Of a DNA stretch of 64,000 bases, positions 61,345 to 64,000 are shown one piece after another. The stretch is taken from positions 558,001 to 622,000 of the forward strand of contig AP026172.1 of NCBI GenBank assembly GCA_030295235.1, read 5' to 3'. The position numbers and the translations under genes were made by a program. Numbering within the stretch: the stretch's first letter is position 1; each line of letters opens with the position of its first letter. Source of the DNA: Fistulifera solaris (taxonomy: Eukaryota). The notes below the pieces were generated by a model. It made no database searches and was not told where the DNA came from. It was given only the letters and a program-made list of their open reading frames with translations.

Positions 61345-61812
61345 CTTGTTCGACTTTACTGTGAGTTGTATTCAAATATTTGACGTTTGTCGGTAGTACA
61401 GGATAGGAATAAGGAGGTCGACGACAATGACATGCATTGAAAAGAAAAGCATTATTGTGGTGGAGAAGCGAAAGAAAAAAGGGCGCCAAATTGATGAGGC
61501 TGCGGGCCGGACTGGGGTGCTATACAAAAAGTGTTCTAAAGCACCTGGTACCAGTATCCCGTAACCGAATCACGGAACCCATTCTACTAGCGCTCTACTA
61601 GTAAGTTTATGCCAAACCCTTCAACAACTAAGGTGCACATACAAAGTTCATGCCTTCAACATTTACAAAACCAAAGCGGCAGTAGCGGTACTTTTTGTGT
61701 TGATATCCACGTTTCTGGTTAGGATAGAGCGGTACCAGGACCTGGTAATGGCATACTTTGTACCTTGGCGGCTTGCACGAAGTATTCAATGTAGAGTGAT
61801 TGGCCCTTGGAA

Positions 61813-62161
61813 GGGAAAAAACATTAAAAGACCTAGTAATCTTGATGAAGTGCGGACAAAGTGAAATAGCAGAGAGGCTACAATTCAACTTATTACTATT
61901 ACTCGGGTTTTAATAGTGGGAATGCAATAACGTCACGAATACTTGCCGAATTGGTCAAAAGCATAACCAGTCGATCGATTCCAATAGGGAAAAAAACATT
62001 AAAAGACCTAGTAATCTTGATGAAGTGCGGACAAAGTGAAATAGCAGAGAGGCTACAATTCAACTTATTACTATTACTCGGGTTTTAGTAGTGGGAATGC
62101 AATAACGTCACGAATACTTGCCGAATTGGTCAAAAGCATAACCAGTCGATCGATTCCAATA
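61813..62161. repeat. Two-copy direct tandem duplication (174/175 bp) of the LysRS 3' end and 3' flank
   Basis: 61813..61986 and 61987..62161 are identical except one A/G substitution and A6 versus A7. Confidence 0.95.
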
Positions 62162-63990
62162 CCCAAGCCACCCGTCGGCGGCATGCCCTGCTCTAGCGCC
62201 TGCAAGAAATCTTCGTCGACATCACACGCTTCTTCATCACCCGCGGCCTTTTTCGCGGCCTGTGCTTCGAATCGGATGCGTTGGTCAACAGGATCAGTTA
62301 ATTCACTAAAAGAGTTGGCATGCTCCCTTCCAACAGCAAATAACTCGAAGCGTTCCGTCAACCCTGCTTTGGTCCTATGTGGCTTCGCCAAAGGACTGAC
62401 TTCAACTGGATAATCGATCACAAATGTGGGTTGAATGCATTCAGGTTCGCAGAGCTCTTCGAAACACGCATTTAGAATCTGGCCCATAGTTGGCAAGGAA
62501 GCAACGTCGGGGACTCCCGCTGCTGTGGCTGCGGCACGAGCTTTGCTGAGTGAGGCTTCGTCGCCATCTTGAAGCTCTGCGAAATCAAAGTTCATACGTT
62601 CCTTAACGATATCATGCATTGTTACACGGCGCCATGGTCGTTCAAATGATATCTGGTGTTCACCATAGGGCACAGTTAATGTTCCACAGACCTTTAGAGC
62701 CAACTCGCAGACTAATTCTTCCGTCAAGTCCATCATGTCATGATAATCCGCGTAGGCTTGATACAGTTCAATGGAGGTAAATTCTGGGTTATGCCGTGTG
62801 CTTATGCCCTCATTGCGGAAAATGCGTCCCATTTCGTACACTTTCTCGAATCCTCCTATAATCAAGCGTTTCAGATGCAATTCCGTAGCGATTCGCATGG
62901 TAAGCTCCAAATCTAGGGCATTGTGATACGTCTCGAAAGGTTTTGCCTCGGCACCACCGGGTACAGAATTCAAAACGGGGGTATCCATTTCCAAGAAGCC
63001 GCGGTCGTCTAAAAATCGACGGATCTGCGAAGATATTTGAGCTCTTTTACGGAATGTATCTTTTACATTTGAGTTTACGATAAGATCCACGTGACGCTGT
63101 CGATAGCGTTTCGTGACGTCTTGTAATCCATGGAACTTATCTGGCAAGGGCAACAAAGCCTTAGTCAACATTTTCCACGAGTTGCACCACAACGTGAGTT
63201 CTCCCTTGTCCGTACGACGCATAGTCCCAGTGACGCCGATGATATCGCCGCCGTCCGTCCAGTCTTTGAGAGTCTAGCGAAAAGAGACAGGAATTAGTTT
63301 TGAGGACCATCGAAGCCAAGAAAAGCTCTGACTTCATTACAGAATATACGTACTTGAAAATTGTCGGCCAATCTATTTTGATCGAGCTGCAGTTGGAGAA
63401 TGCCAGTTTCATCTTGTATGGTAAAGAACGCCAGTTTTCCAAATACACGACGTGTCAAAATACGTCCTGCTGTAGCAATAGTGACACCCGAGCCATCTTC
63501 CTCGCCAGGTTCTAACTTGTCCTGATACAAAGCAGACAATTGAGACGCTGTGTGCGAAACATCAAAAGTGTATTCAAACGGATTGATGCCTGTATCACGC
63601 ATGGCTTGCACCTTTGCAAGCGTATTTGTCGTAGTTCAGAATTAGAGAGCTCAGGCTGCGGCTCGTTTTTTCGTTGCTGATTTTGTTTCGGTGGGGGTTG
63701 TTTCTTAGGTTTAGTCGCTGTCGCAACAGTTGCTGGCGCTTCGTCTGAGGGCAGCTGTGTCTTTAAAGCAAGTAGCTCTGCAATGTATGGTGCCAGGGTT
63801 TCCTTATCAACGCCATCACTTTTGAGTTGGCGGATCTGATCCCCTTGATTTTGATTTGTTCTTCAATCTCGCTGCTCATAAAGCGACTTGTAACGAGAGT
63901 GCCTCGAGTTGACCGAGCTAAGAGAAAAGCCCGAGTGCGTGCCACTGATGCCCACATAGTCATCATGTGAAGTGCAACAATGAATCGCAT
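62074..63990 (-). CDS. lysS: Class II lysyl-tRNA synthetase, organelle-targeted, with N-terminal WHEP-like domain (intron 63274..63353; frameshifts near 63842 and 63620)
   Basis: TRA|FLL presequence; OB fold ([15 protein letters not shown]), [20 protein letters not shown] motif, [30 protein letters not shown]. Confidence 0.96.
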
Positions 63991-64000
63991 GTCTTGATGT

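Noticed and set aside
900..63850. Widespread frameshifts as programmed ribosomal frameshifting, RNA editing or mass pseudogenisation
   Set aside because: Most are single-base indels in homopolymer runs, occur in both directions and hit essential genes (CNX2, THOC1, LysRS, SPC24). This is typical of pyrosequencing or long-read error; raw reads would settle it.
1..64000. CRISPR arrays, transposases, LTRs, rRNA/tRNA, telomeric repeats
   Set aside because: None was recognised by eye. A covariance-model scan would be needed to exclude small RNAs.

Overview
This is gene-dense eukaryotic DNA: about 37 protein genes, short GT-AG introns and several bipartite signal-peptide+Phe plastid presequences. 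I infer a pennate diatom, because the nitrate reductase N-terminus and several lineage-typical hypothetical families look diatom-like. About 20 genes are split by single-base indels, mostly in homopolymers, which I read as sequencing error. Recognisable genes are CNX2/MoaA, nitrate reductase, an FNR-like oxidoreductase, two ankyrin-like proteins, a TSP1-repeat surface protein, betaine lipid synthase, ankyrin-PP2C, an R3H protein, MGDG synthase, argininosuccinate synthase, a histidine acid phosphatase, a phosphatase/phytase-like ectoenzyme, 2OG-Fe(II)-TPR, OTU, TMEM256, DnaJ, PIG-T, DUF1995, a TPR-methyltransferase, SPC24, THOC1, a RING E3, NSE2 and an organellar LysRS. A family-5 solute-binding protein gene is decayed. 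The main leads are: (1) a ~17 kb candidate phosphate-starvation neighbourhood carrying YGAATCTH boxes; (2) a recurrent intergenic TACCWGGTA pseudo-palindrome; (3) CNX2 next to nitrate reductase; (4) an atypical vicinal-Cys TSP1 surface protein; (5) a frameshift-hidden WHEP domain on LysRS. No RNA genes, CRISPR arrays or transposons were recognised. All family calls come from motif recognition by eye, not from database searches.
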